This document shows positions 19,218 through 34,702 of a DNA stretch of 64,000 bases, one piece after another. The first letter of the stretch is position 1; every line of letters begins with the position of its first letter. Source of the DNA: Salpingoeca rosetta (taxonomy: Eukaryota > Protista > Choanoflagellata); contig JAWQFM010000011.1 of the NCBI GenBank assembly GCA_033442325.1, positions 551,498 through 615,497 of the forward strand, written 5' to 3'. The notes beneath the pieces were generated by a model that was given only the letters and a program-made list of their open reading frames with translations, did not search any database and was not told where the DNA came from. Position numbers and translations under genes: made by a program.

Positions 19218-22200
19218 CCCAGCACCAACAGCAACACCACCATCAACAGCAACAGCCGCAGCAAGCATTTCTGACAGCACAGCAGCAGCTGTCGCTCTGG
19301 GGACAGCCTGGCGTGTCGGCACCAAGCTCCCTTGGCCTTGCGCCAGGATTCAACCAGCAGCCACCACTGTCCCTGGCCACGGGAATGCAGCCGTCGTCGT
19401 TATTGTCACAGATGCAGCAACCTCCTCCATTGCAGCAGCCACAACAGCAGCAGTATCCGCCATCCGCGTACGTGGGATCGTCGTGGCTTCCCCAGTCATT
19501 CAATGCACAGCAGCAGCAGGCAGGGCAACAACAGCCGCCGCCACTGCAACCACCGCAACCGCAGCAGCAGCAGCAGCAGCAGTCGCCCTGGCTTGCAAAT
19601 GCAGGTGCCATGGTGCCGTCGATGTTGCCATCTCAGCAACAGCAGCAACTCCCTCAGCAAACGCAATTGCAGCTGCTGCTTCAACAGCAGCAGCACCAGC
19701 ACCAGCAAGCCCAGCACCAGCACCAACAGCTGGCAGCATTGCAGGCCATGCAGTACCAACAACAGCTGCAAGATCCACAGCAGCTGCAACAGCAACTGCA
19801 ACAGCTGTCCAACCCTGCGCTGGCACAATATCTAAACACGTTCCAGGGCGCGCCTGCAATAAGTAACCCCCTGCAGTCACAACAGCTACAGCAACTGCAG
19901 CTGCAACACCAGCAGCTCCTCCAACAACACCAGCTCCAGCAACAGCAGTTGCAGCAGCAACACCAGCAGCAGCAACAACAGCTCTATGGATCCCAGGCCG
20001 TCAGCAGCCAAGGCATGCCCTCACAGGTTCGTCGCTGCGTCCATAATATGCTTGACAATCACCACGCCTGCCCCCCCCCCCCCCCTCGCCCGCCTTCTAC
20101 ACAGAATGCAAGTAGAAGTCACTTCTTTTTTCACCCTGCGCTGTGCATATGTGTGTGTGTGTGTGTGTGTGCAGGTTGGCGGGCCACAGTCTTTCCGCGG
20201 CGGCGGCGGTGACGGAGGCGGAGGAGGGGCAGACGTAATGACAATGACACCAACAGCGATGCTGGGCCACAACCCGCCGTCAAAGCGCCCGCGACAAATG
20301 TCAGGCGCTGCGTCCTCGGAGTCGTCCTCGTCGCGCCCAACCGTGCCCTGCCCAGTCTGTGGCGCAATGGCACGCAAAGCAACAAAGCAGTACGTGGTGG
20401 CTCGTGCTTGCTTGCATGCATACAAACAAGCAGGTCTCACTCTGTGTGTGTGTGTGTGTGTGTGTTTGTGTTTGAGAGGAGGGCGAGGCTTGCCTTGTTT
20501 GTGGCGCACCACAATTATGCCTGCAAGCATTTTATCCGCTCACGCTGACGTCCAACCACACCACCTTGCATGTGCATCTTTCACCACCAACAGGTTCTGC
20601 ACACGTTGCTACAGGTGGGTGTTATGTCTGTGCGTGGGCTTGCTTGTGCCTGCAAGCACGGGCCGTTTTGCGTGTTGCTGTTGGTCTGCCGCTGTTGGCT
20701 GCGGTGGTGAAACGTCTATCTGCACCAACTTGTGCACAACTGTTCGCCCGCATTTGGAGATGATTCCGCCAACATGTGCTACGCGCGACCGTTTTGCTTC
20801 ATTTCATTTCGTTTTGCTTTGGTGGCAACTCGTGTTCGAAATCGCTGTTCGAGAGACAGTCAGTCGTGCAACTTTCGGTTTGCATCATTTTGGACTTGAT
20901 CCGTGTAGTGGAGCTAATTTTGGCGTCGTGCAAGACTTCAAACCCCCAGCTCACCTCCTTCTTCTTGGCGCGGTGCAAATGCCTGTGTTGCATATTCGCT
21001 TGCACGCCATGCAGTGGCCTTTACAACGACATTCGCAAGTGGATCCGGGACTCTGCTCCGCGTCACGCTGACCCCGTCAACATTGCGCCCGAGCAATTTG
21101 CGGAGGGTGAGATGACCCACGCAATTTCAGCACACGCGCACGTGTTTCTTTGTGTTGCACTGGTCTGTCTCGGGCTCGTGTACACGCGTGTGAAACTATT
21201 TCTGCGCGTGACCACGTTTTTTTGGAGGGGGGGAGGGGGTTGTGCTGCTGCTCTCGCTGTGGCGTTGCACATAATGTATTGGTTGCTGTTTTGGTTTAGC
21301 TTGTGTTGTGGTTTGGTTTAGGTTTGTGTTTTTACTTTCCTCTGTGGCTTCTGTTCATTCTGTTCAGCCCCAACCTCCCTTGCCGAATTGTTACACCTCC
21401 ATTGTTCACATGCGAGCATGAACGCATGCGGTGCTCCCTGCTTTGCCTGCAAGCAAGTAGGCATATATTTGTTTGCGCGTCTCCGCTTGGTTCTGCCGGC
21501 TGAACCCCTGGTGCTTGTTGCGTGGCTCCTACACACGCTCACAACGTGTTTCGTGCTCTCTGCTCGCGCACATGCGTGCATGCACCTGCAACACCCACAC
21601 ACAACAGACCTGAAGCAGATTCCACGTGGCTGCCGTCATAACTACACATGCGAGGCTGTGTTCGGAAGAGGTATTGTTCGCGTGTTGTTGGAGTCGCGGC
21701 TTCGTGGCGTTGCGCGGTTCTCACCGCAGCAGCAGCAGCAGCGTGCACGTGTGTGGGTGCGCGTGGGTGCGTTAAATTCTTTGTGCGCGGGAATGTTGTG
21801 TGGGTGTGAGGGCAGGTGCGTTAGTTGCCGTGGCCGGGTGGGGTTTTCGTTTCGTCGAGTTCTTTCCGCGCATGTTTTTGAAAACACGCGTCACCAAAAA
21901 GATGGTGGCAGTTTGGTGTAGTTTTGTTTGATTGTGCCGTTGCGTTGTTGCGTGTTGTCTCCTCCTCTTCCCCACCAACAGCTAGTTTGATTCGTCAATG
22001 TTTCGATGTTTGAAACATTGGGGTTGCGAAGTTGCGTGCACGTTGTTGTTTGAGCACACCCGAACGTGATCACCAATTGCGTGATGCAATTGTGTGTTCT
22101 TTGTCCTTGTGCATTCGTGACCGTGTCACATGCGGTAACACATGCAGTCACGTTGTGGCGTGAACAGAGCAAAAGCGTTTGTTCAGGCGTGTACTTCAGT

Positions 22201-22606
22201 CGCAAGTGTTTGCTTCATTTTCTCACAGTTGTTGCACGTTGTGTGTGTGTGTTGTGTTTTTGTGCGCGCGCGCGCGTGTGTGTGTGTTGTGTTTTTGTGC
22301 GTTTGTAGTGCGCGACTGCAACCGGTGTCGCAGCATCAAGCTCCTGCTGACGTGGCCAGACATCTTCCGTCAAAGTGAGAACGCATCACACGATTGCACG
22401 TGCCACATTGTGCTGCGTCACGTGCACACACGTGGGAGGGTGCTGCAGTTGCGCTTGTTGTCACCAGTGTGTGTGTGTGTGTGTGTGTCTGCTTGCTGTG
22501 ATTGCTTGCTGTGTTTGGTTGTGCCGGTGCAATGGCTGCCGTTGCGGTGATTGCTGCCGCAGTGGCGATGGCAGCCTGCCAATGCACACACACACACACA
22601 CACACA

Positions 22607-22663
<57 letters not shown>

Positions 22664-22860
22664 TCACACACACACAAAAAAGCACAAACCACAACACACC
22701 CCATCATGTCATTGTTGCTCACAACTGCTATCGCTGTGTCGCGCTTGACCCTCCTCCTCGCCCCCTCCCACCTGTCTGTTGTCCACATATGTATGTAGTG
22801 CTGCTGAAGGCGCTCGACAACCACCCATGCGACGTGACTGCAAACCCCCGCTACCAATGA
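16252..22860 (+). CDS. Putative transcription factor: long S/D/Q-rich low-complexity region, NLS-like PPSKRPR, C-terminal double C4 zinc finger resembling a nuclear-receptor DNA-binding domain
   Basis: Phase-consistent GT-AG exons 16252-16405, 17394-20026, 20175-20389, 20594-20614, 21015-21106, 21608-21670, 22309-22374, 22799-22860. C-terminus: PCPVCGAMARKATKQFCTRCYSGLYNDIRKWIRD...IPRGCRHNYTCEAVFGRVRDCNRCRSIKLLLTWPDIFRQMLLKALDNHPCDVTANPRYQ*. Start is uncertain (16252 or 17423). Confidence 0.7.
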
Positions 22861-23535
22861 TGCAGCACAAGCTACACCCTGGTTGGTGCAGCAGACACGT
22901 GTCCTGTATGTCGTTCGTTGTTCTTGGGGGTCACAGCTTCGTATTTTCGAGAGTGAGCGCCCTTCTCCGGTTGTTTGCTTGGCTGCAGACGTTTTGTCTT
23001 CGTTTCTGTAGTCTGTCCTCCCTCCCCCCCCCCTTCTTCAGGTGTTTCTTCTCTTCCTGCTTCGGCGCCTGTTTGTGTGTCCGTTCGCACAACTTGTGTA
23101 CGAAACACTCTCTGCGCTTACCCGATGCGAGCAGGCAGGGCCTTGTGTCAAGTAGGGTTTTAGTTGAATCGTTCCCTTGTGTGCTACACTCTGCCAGCCT
23201 TACCAGGCTCTCGTGCATCCGCTGGCATTCCCTTTCTCGCCCCCTTTGCCACGTTGGGTTTGGTTCGGCCCTTGTCTGTTGCGCCCGAGAATGTCGATGT
23301 TCTCGTGAACGACACAAATGAGTGGGCGTTACATGTGCTGATCCTCCTCCTCCTCCTCCTCCTCCTCTGTGTACCCAACTACCCCCCTCCCCTTTGGCTT
23401 ATTTTTCTTCTTCTTCGTCGCTCAATCTCAGGACGGGCTAGGCATTCTGTTCTTTTGTCTTCTGCTCTTTTGCTGTGGTTTGCTCTTGGGCCTTGGTGCT
23501 TTGCTGTGATGCAATGATTCCAGCACCGAGACACA

Positions 23536-23572
<37 letters not shown>

Positions 23573-23823
23573 GTGCTCATGTTCACTTGGACCGCCATAG
23601 GTGGTTGGCTGCGTGATATCGTTATGTATTTCCTTTGATTTTTTTTCGTGCAACGTTTGTTCGCATGCGGGCGTGTTGTGTGAGCAATGGGCCTGCTATT
23701 GTATAGGCTGTTGTTTGCGGTTCCCATTGCTCTTGTTCGTGCACGCCTTGCCCCCCTTTCCCCCCTTTCCCTTGTCTGAAGGTGTCTGATTCCTGTTGCA
23801 TGAGACATGTAACTAAACGTACG

Positions 23824-23854
23824 ACTGCATTGAGCTGCATTGAGCTGCATTGAG
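23824..23854. repeat. 10-bp tandem repeat (CTGCATTGAG)x3
   Basis: Read directly from the sequence. Confidence 0.85.
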
Positions 23855-24103
23855 CCCTTGTTTTCCATCTGCACCAACAAGAGGCGCAACTTGTGTGTGC
23901 ATGTGAGGGTCTCGAGGCATGCCGTGCTGCTGCCGTTGTTGTTTGGAGCGGGAGTGTGGCTGCGCTTGAGACAGAAAAGCAGAAAGGCAGAACGCAGCGA
24001 AGCGCTGGTGCTTTTGCTCGTCACGTGGCTGAATTCAGTTTCGGCGGTTATCAAGCACCATCCAAGCAAGCAAGCTTGCAAGGCATCCGCTTCTTCCCAC
24101 CCC

Positions 24104-24208
<105 letters not shown>

Positions 24209-24226
24209 CTGACAAGGCGTGAAACG

Positions 24227-24916
24227 ATGGCGTTTGACTTGAGTGTGTTGCCTGACTTGACGCTGCCGGACCGCTTTAAGCACACGGCGAGTGATCTGAG
24301 CCGCGATGTCAAGTGGCAGGTGCGCAACGACGCGCTGGCGCGCCTGGACGCCGTGGACCCCATCCTCAGGCACGTGCTGGAGGTGAAGGTTGTTCGCAAC
24401 CAGCGCCGAAACTTCCTCAACCTGCGCGTGCGGCAAGACTACGCCACGCTCATCTTCCAGCACCCGGGTGCAGACAACGTGCGCTACTGCTTCTTCATTT
24501 CGGACAAGCTCGAGCCGTTCATCACCATCACCGTCCTCTCGCCGGACGAGGGCAAGCTGGGGCGGCTGACCGCGCAGCAGGTGGTGGAGCTGGAGGAAGG
24601 CATCACCCGCTTCAAGACGCGCTTTGGCATTGTGGGCGAGTCATACCATTACACGCCGCTGCAGGAGAGGCGCGAAACGGACGAGTTTGTGCGACAGACG
24701 TCGGTCGACAGGGCCAGCAAGGCGCACTCGACGCACTTCCACCTCAAGATGCGCATTGCAACGGAGATGTACAAGGACAAGTTCCCCGTGCTGCAGCTGA
24801 TGAACTTTGACAGCATGCGTCGAACGCTGGACCACATCAAATACAACTACAGCCGAACCACCGTACCGTGGGACCGTGTCAAGGCGCAGATCCAACACGA
24901 CGCCATTCCAGAATGA
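24227..24916 (+). CDS. Intronless 229-aa hypothetical protein with HIT-like HxH motif
   Basis: Clean ORF with high GC3 and globular composition. KAHSTHFHLKM resembles the HIT/GalT-superfamily histidine motif. Confidence 0.7.
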   Translation: MAFDLSVLPDLTLPDRFKHTASDLSRDVKWQVRNDALARLDAVDPILRHVLEVKVVRNQRRNFLNLRVRQDYATLIFQHPGADNVRYCFFISDKLEPFITITVLSPDEGKLGRLTAQQVVELEEGITRFKTRFGIVGESYHYTPLQERRETDEFVRQTSVDRASKAHSTHFHLKMRIATEMYKDKFPVLQLMNFDSMRRTLDHIKYNYSRTTVPWDRVKAQIQHDAIPE

Positions 24917-24936
24917 ACCCCCGCTTAGGTTGTGTC

Positions 24937-24994
<58 letters not shown>

Positions 24995-25517
24995 GTGTGT
25001 GAGCAAAGTGGTGTAAACATGGTGTGTGAGATTGTGCAAGTCCAAGTGCAAGTCCAAGTGTAAGTCCAGTATGCACGTCCAACTGTGAGTTCCATATTCG
25101 CACGCGTTGATTCGTTTGCCTGTTCATCTGCTCGTGCGTCGACACAGCACAGACCCCGTTCATTCCCATCCTGTTTTGCCTGCCCATCATGAGGTGTTGC
25201 TGATTGCTGTCCAGTACTGCTTGTCGTTGTTTATTTGAGTACTGGGGTGCGCGTTCATGTGTGTGCTGTGACAAGAACACGTGTGCAGAGTGTGTCGTTG
25301 CTTGTGTTGGTGGTGGCGTTGTTGGTGTCAGTGGGGACGGTGACAAGTGACACATATTCGACAAGGAGTTCCATAAACAAGTTGCATTCAGCAATACGCA
25401 GTCAGCCCACATGACCTGTGTTTTAAACCCTTGTCGGCAGCTAAATGTTACGCACACGCACACATGTACACACACGCATACACACACGCACACATGTACA
25501 CACACGCACACACACGG

Positions 25518-27182
25518 CTAGAGTGCAGGTCCGAGGGTGCGTGTGAAGAACGTCTTTGGCGCGTCATGGCGTGGTTTGCGTTCAGGGAGCGCATAGTGGC
25601 GACGTCCCTGCTCCATATACGCCAGCGGAGACGATGTTGTGGTGGTGCCGGCTGCTGCCACTCCTGCTGCTGCCAACGATGACGATGACGATGATGGCAC
25701 TGTTGCTGTTGCCACCCTCTTTGGTGTGGTATTTACTGGTGGTGATGTTGCTGCTGTTGCTGCTGCTCTCATTGACATCCGCCCTCCACTGCCCCTCACC
25801 TCTGGTCGTGGCCACTGATGCTGCTGCTGGGTCGGATTCGGCGTGTTTGCTGAATGCTCTTCGCCAACGCCCACTCCAGCTCCGTGCACCACATCACCCT
25901 GCCGACAACTGTGCCCATCATCACCACCACCACGGGTGACATCCACTGCGTCCCAGTCAAACACCGGCTTCTGCTTCCTATCCACCCCATCGCCAGCACG
26001 TGGAATATGCGTTGCGCGAGGCGATGGCACAGTGAATGCCGACCTTGCATGCGTGTGTGGTCGCGTTGGCGTTGATGGGTATGACGAGTCGAAAGCGTTG
26101 GCAATCATAGTGGTCGTAGCGGTGGTGGTGGTGTTGGGGGTGGCATTGGCATTAGAATTGGAATTGGCGTTGGTGTTGGGGGTGCCTGCTGGCCGCCGTC
26201 CCAGGAGCGATGCCACGAGCGGGCTGCCTTGTCGTGACCGCACCAACGGCGACGACAACAGCCGCAGTGGTGTCCCTCTGGCTCCACCACCAACACCACC
26301 ACCGCCACTGGCTGCAACGCGGCGCTGGCGCATGGCCTGAGCGCTCTCCACGGAGGCCTGGTATCTGCGTATGCTGTCGTTCTGAGAAGGCGACGGCGAA
26401 CAAGGCGTGCCCGCTTCCACGCGTGCACTCATCACACTCCTGTTCGCCACGCTGCCTCCATCGTATGTGCGGGCGCCACCATTCCCAGAGATGCGACTGC
26501 TGTCACCACCACCATGATCATGACGATGATCACCACCACCACCACCACCACCACCACCACCACCATCCCTGCCGATCTCACGCGCGTGTCCAGCGTCAAC
26601 ACGGCGCAGGGAAGAGGGCACGCGTGGGGATGCGAGGCGGGAGGCGGCGGCAGACTGGCGCTGGTGCAGCTCGGAGATAAGCGACTGCTGGTGGTGTAGG
26701 ACAGCGACCGAGGGGCTGTGCAGTGGGCTGCGGTCACCCACGTCCTGGGCAATGCGGCGGCGTGGCACGAGGTTGCTCCAGTGCCACAGGCGCGTGGGTA
26801 TCCATGCAACAGCAAGCACCACCACGCTGGCCACAAACACGCGTGTGATGGGGGGCGGGGTGCTCGGGTGCACGGCCGAGTTCTCCGCGGGCGAGAAGAG
26901 GAGGAGGAGGGCACACACGAGTGCATATGTGACGGTGCGCACACCGTAGTACTGCTGGGGTTGCACTAGCTGCTTGTGGCCATCGGGCGAACGCACGTCC
27001 CAATACACCATGGCCACCAGGTAGCACCACCACATTGGCAGCCGCGCCAGCTCATGTTGCTGTTGGTGTTGCTGGTGCTGGCGCCACTGGTGGTGCTTGT
27101 GTTGCGGAGTGGCGCCGTTATGTGGGGCCGCGTACTTCTGTACCCGACTATGTGCCGACTCGTCAACGTCACGCTCTGTGGT

Positions 27183-27246
<64 letters not shown>

Positions 27247-28751
27247 GCATCATCATCATCATCATTATCGCGACTACTGCTATGCCTTCCATGTCCATCA
27301 CCATCCTCACCACCACTCTCAACAATGCCACCCATGCTACTCTCCACCTCTTCCTCCCTCGCGCCCCCTTGGTGTTGGTGCAGCCGCTGCTGCAGCTGCT
27401 GCATGAGCTGGTCGTGCCCAAACGAGAGGCGGCGCATGGGCGGGCGACGCCGACCATGGCGATGGCGTGGCGACCGCAGCGACAATGGCGATGCCAGTGC
27501 ATGTGGAGAGGGCGGCACTCGTGCTGCGAGCGGTGACAACGGCGATGATGCTGTGGTTGTTGCTGTTGCGGTTGTTGTTGTTGTTGGTTGATGGGAGTAG
27601 GCGGACGCTAGCGGAGACGATGATGGTGGTGGTGGTGGTGCTGTTGTGGGACGTGATGTCAATGGAGTTGTGGGTGTGTCAGCGACAGTCCTGTGAGCGC
27701 TGCTGCGACAGCAGCGGTAGACGGTTCGCACAAAGGGCAGCGTTGGAATGAGGTGCACGGCGATGACGCTGATAGCGAGGCGCCATGGAAGGAAGACGAG
27801 GATTGTGGCGAGGGAGACGATGGCTGACAATTCGGAGTAGCGCAGCACATACAGGGCGATGCGACGGGAGAGCGGGAGGCGACCCATTACCATGATCTTG
27901 GCGAGCGTCTGCCCGCCTTCGTACGCAACCACCGCTGCCACGATGGAGTACAGGGAGAAGGCCAGCGAGAGGTAAGGCAGGAGGTGGCGCAGGGTGTGGG
28001 AGTTGCTGTTCTGCTGCGGCGACGCCACCGGCGAGGCTGGCAGCGAGAGCAACACGCACTGGCACAGCAAGACAGGAAGTGCCTTTGCCAGCGCATCAAA
28101 CGCAAGCACGTCAGCTCGCAGCGAGTATGGGTTGAGCGCCCCGAAGGACGACGTCGTTGACAGGGCACGGGAGGAGGAGGAGGACGACGACCACGACGAC
28201 GACGAGGCAATAGACGAGCGGGACGGCGCTGCAGTGGGGGCTGCGGTGGAAGCAGACGTCAGGGCAGTGTACAAGTCCAAGACACTGTGCAAGCGCAGCG
28301 CCACGAGGCATTGGCGAAGCGACAAGGCCTGGTGCAGCAGCGTCCACGGCCTGCGCTGTTGTTGGTGTCGTTGCCGTGATGGTGACGGCCTTGCAGGGGA
28401 TGCAAGTCGGTCGAGCTGTTGTCGTCGCTTTGGTGCAACGGTGGTGACGGCAGGTGGCAGCAGCAGTGCCTGTGCAATGCCCGCCGCCACAGCTATCGTC
28501 GTACACAAGCACGACAGCGCGCATGCCATTTGTTGCTGTTGTCCATCATTGTTGTTGTTGTCGATGCTGTTGTTGTTGTCGATGTTGTTGTTGTCGATGA
28601 TGTTGTCGATGATGTTGTCGGCGTCGGCCTGCGACCAAAGGGAGGACAAGCAGCACGAGGAGCACGTTGCTGCGTGCCCAATGTCTGTCACCACATCCAC
28701 AACACACAGCACCAGCAACACCACCACGACCACCACTCGACTGCGCAGCAT
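25518..28751 (-). CDS. XK-related (Xkr) membrane protein / putative phospholipid scramblase, apparently single exon with low-complexity loops
   Basis: TM1 with VDVVTDI (DxxxD). AFDALAKALPVLLCQ (degenerate ExxPQxxLQ helix), SLAFSLYS and LRYSELSAIV follow, in the order typical of XK-related proteins. Long disordered C-terminal tail. Confidence 0.6.
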
Positions 28752-28980
28752 CACTGTTGTTGTTGAGACACACGACACTGTTGTGTTGATTGGCGTTTGC
28801 AGTGTTGGCGGCAAACAGAAAACGGTTTCCAACAGCACAATTTTCTTTGGCGCCACAACAGTCGCAAATCGCGCAGACACGACCACCACTGACTGTGACC
28901 GCGACTGGGTGCGCACCACCCTCGGCTGCTTCACCACCACTACCACTACCACACACACACACACACACACACGCACACAC

Positions 28981-29068
<88 letters not shown>

Positions 29069-29069
29069 C

Positions 29070-31437
<2,368 letters not shown>

Positions 31438-31916
31438 TACCCGTGATGTATGTACCCACATGCACGCATCCACACGTGCGCACACGCATGCACGTATCAT
31501 GTGTATTGGGTGCCATATGCGTCGTGTGGTTGTCTTCACCACCTCTTCCCGTCCCCTCTTCCTGCAACTGTGACGTTGTGTTGTGTAACTTAGTCACACT
31601 TAATCGCAGCCTTGTGTGTTGTTTGTGTTGCACGTGTTCACGTGCGTCACGTGCATATGGCCTCATTCTCTTCATTGTTGTGAGACGCGAGCGAGTACAC
31701 GGCATGCTTCTAATCCACCATCACAGCCACTGACACCCGCACATGTGCACACAAGACGCCGAAGAGAGGGCGGTGCTGTCGTTCACGCACGCACACACGC
31801 GCACACACAATGCGTACGGACATACATACACACACTCACAATGCGTAAGTACATACATGCACGGGATCATGCACAACCGAAACATGCATGACAGTCTGGC
31901 TTGCGCTGGTTGGTTC

Positions 31917-31984
31917 TCATTGCTGGGGCTTCCACGCCTCAATCTTGGGCTTGGTTGTGGAGTAGGGCACATACTGCTTCTGTT

Positions 31985-32047
<63 letters not shown>

Positions 32048-32384
32048 AGAGAGAGTGTGTGTGTGTGTGAGTGAGAGTGAGAGTGAGAGCGTGTGAACAC
32101 ATAAAGGGCAAGCGCAGCGTGTGAACACATGCCATGTCGCTGGCATGCGTGAACACGCAAAGTGTGTTGCACGAACCGTTGTGCCGGTGTAGTTCTCTGT
32201 GTGCATTGCTTGCCACTTCTGTAGCGACGAGACGATCAGCGTTGCAGAACCAATAGCGATGAGAAACATATCATAAGAGCACACAACCCGCCAAGCAGGG
32301 AGAGCGCAACGATATCGTGCATCTCTTGAGCACATCCGCATGTAAAATCCTGCTACCATCACGACGACGTGTCTGCACCAACAC

Positions 32385-32429
<45 letters not shown>

Positions 32430-33434
32430 CACACACACACACACACAGACAAACAGACAAACACACGACCTTGAGGGGCTCCTCGGAGTTGGGCAGGTCG
32501 TCGGTCATGTAATGCATCCAGCGGTGCCACTCGCCAGGGATCTGGCTGCCGTCAGGCTGTGAGCTCGCGTAATCCACGCGACGATGCTGGCCTGTCAACC
32601 ACGAGCGAATTGGGAGGGCAGTGAACATGAGTGTGTGTGTATGTGTGTGTGTCCGTGAGCATATGTGTGTGTGTGTGCGAGAGCATGTGTGTTGTGTGCA
32701 TTTGTTTGCATGTGCATGTGTTTGCATGTGTTAGCGATGGGTGTGCGCACAATCTTTCCTTTGCACAGGTGACCGAGATGCATGCGTGTTCGTTCGCGTG
32801 AACCGACGCGATTCATCAACACGCGCACATAACTTCTCATCTTTAACCACACCCGCAACATGGCACAGCACAGCACGGCACGTTTTGTCATCTTGGACGA
32901 CAGCACGCACCGAACATCTGGGTCCTGTCCTCGTAGTAGCGGTTCCCAAGCTTGTCCACGCCAACCAGCGTGCCAGGCATCACCTTTCCCTCGCTGTCAA
33001 CAACACAAGTGTCGAGAGAGTTACATCCGAATGCCGACCAAGCGCGCGTCAAACATCAACTACATTACATGCACACCACGCAGCAACACACTACTCCACA
33101 ACGATTCAACACAATCCTTCCTTTAGAGTCCCATCCCATCCACACACACACACACACACACACATTCACACACATTCACACACATTCACACACACACTCA
33201 CACACACTCACACACACACACACATGTACACACACACATGTACACACAAATACACATGTACACACACGTGTATACATGTATACACAAATACACATGCATA
33301 CACAACACACATGTACAAACGCGCACACAGTGACACTGTATCACGCACCGCATGAGGTCCCTGGCCACCTGCTTCCAGCCCACCCGCTGGATGAGCTTCA
33401 TCACAGTGGAGAAGTTGTTCACGTTCACGCTCAT
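31917..33434 (-). CDS. NDUFA12: NADH:ubiquinone oxidoreductase subunit A12 (B17.2)
   Basis: GTLVGVDKLGNRYYED, RVDY..DGSQIPGEWHRWMHYMTDDLP, HTENYTGT..YVPYSTTKPKIEAWKP*. Confidence 0.93.
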
Positions 33435-33847
33435 ATCCGTGGTGGTGTTGGTTTGGCGAGAAGCGGCATGCGTTGCAAAAATGCAATTTGCACGGTGCAA
33501 TTTGCAAACTTGCAGCGATTGGTGTGTGTGTGTGATGAGTCATCACAAGAAGTAACGAGAGGAAGAGAGGAGGAAGCAGCAACGCCACCATCCAGCCATC
33601 CTTCCTGCAACGTCGTCAGCAAGCCTCATCTTCACTCCACACTCACACTCACCAACCACACACACACAGACACGCACGCACTCACCAAGCACTCACCCAC
33701 GCATTCACGCTCGTCGCAAGAACAAACGCGGTTGTCTGTGGTGGATGGGTGGGGTTGCGACCATCTCTTGCCGCTCTTCTTGATGAGCTTCCCCCGCTCT
33801 TCCCTTTCCTCTTCTCGTTGTCCTTGTTTTTGTGAGAGCCGGCAACC

Positions 33848-34625
33848 ATGAAGTGCGAGTCGTTTGAGCAGCTCCGAGACAAGGCGGAGCAGAGCATCGA
33901 CAAGCTGTTTGATGACAAGGGTGTCGCCCGCTTCTTCGCCCATGCACAGAAGCTGGCCGAGCTCGGCAAGAAGGAGAAGGACGATGAAATGGCGCTCTTC
34001 CACTTTTACCGCGCCATCTACTTGCTCACCCGCATCCAGCAGTCCAAGACATACAAAGCAAAGAAGGTGCTGTCTATCCCCTGCGTACCTCACACATACT
34101 CACGCACACACCCACACGCACACACACACACGCACACACACGCACGCACACACACACACACTCTCTCTCTCTCTCATGGCTTGTTGACTGCTTGTTCGTG
34201 GTCGCCCGCTTGCACGCCGGCGTATTCGCCAACGCTCACCGTGCGATACATGCGTTCGCGCTGTTCCCCGAACCAGGATGCCCTCGGTCCACAGATGGCA
34301 AAGGCAATGCCCGTCTTTGACATGGCTGCATCCAACGTGGAGCGCCTCAAGAAGATTGTCAAGGACAAGTGCGTGTTCTGCGTGTGTGTCTGTGTGTGTG
34401 TGTCTGTGTTTCTGTATATCTCTGTGTTTGTCTGCACCTGTGAGTGTCTGCATCTGTGTGTGTGCGTGCACCAATGTATGCCGTATTCCCTTGTCATGCA
34501 AAGACAATGCACCCGCTGGCCTGTATCCTGATGCGCACGCCTTTCTGGTCAACCAATCGGTCCTCTTGCATGCCACCGTTGCCCGCCCCCGTCCTTTGTC
34601 TTCTACACTCTCACAATAACTGGCA

Positions 34626-34702
<77 letters not shown>

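Noticed and set aside
25036-25070. 12-bp tandem GCAAGTCCAAGT x~3
   Set aside because: Short local duplication between convergent 3' ends; no evidence of function.
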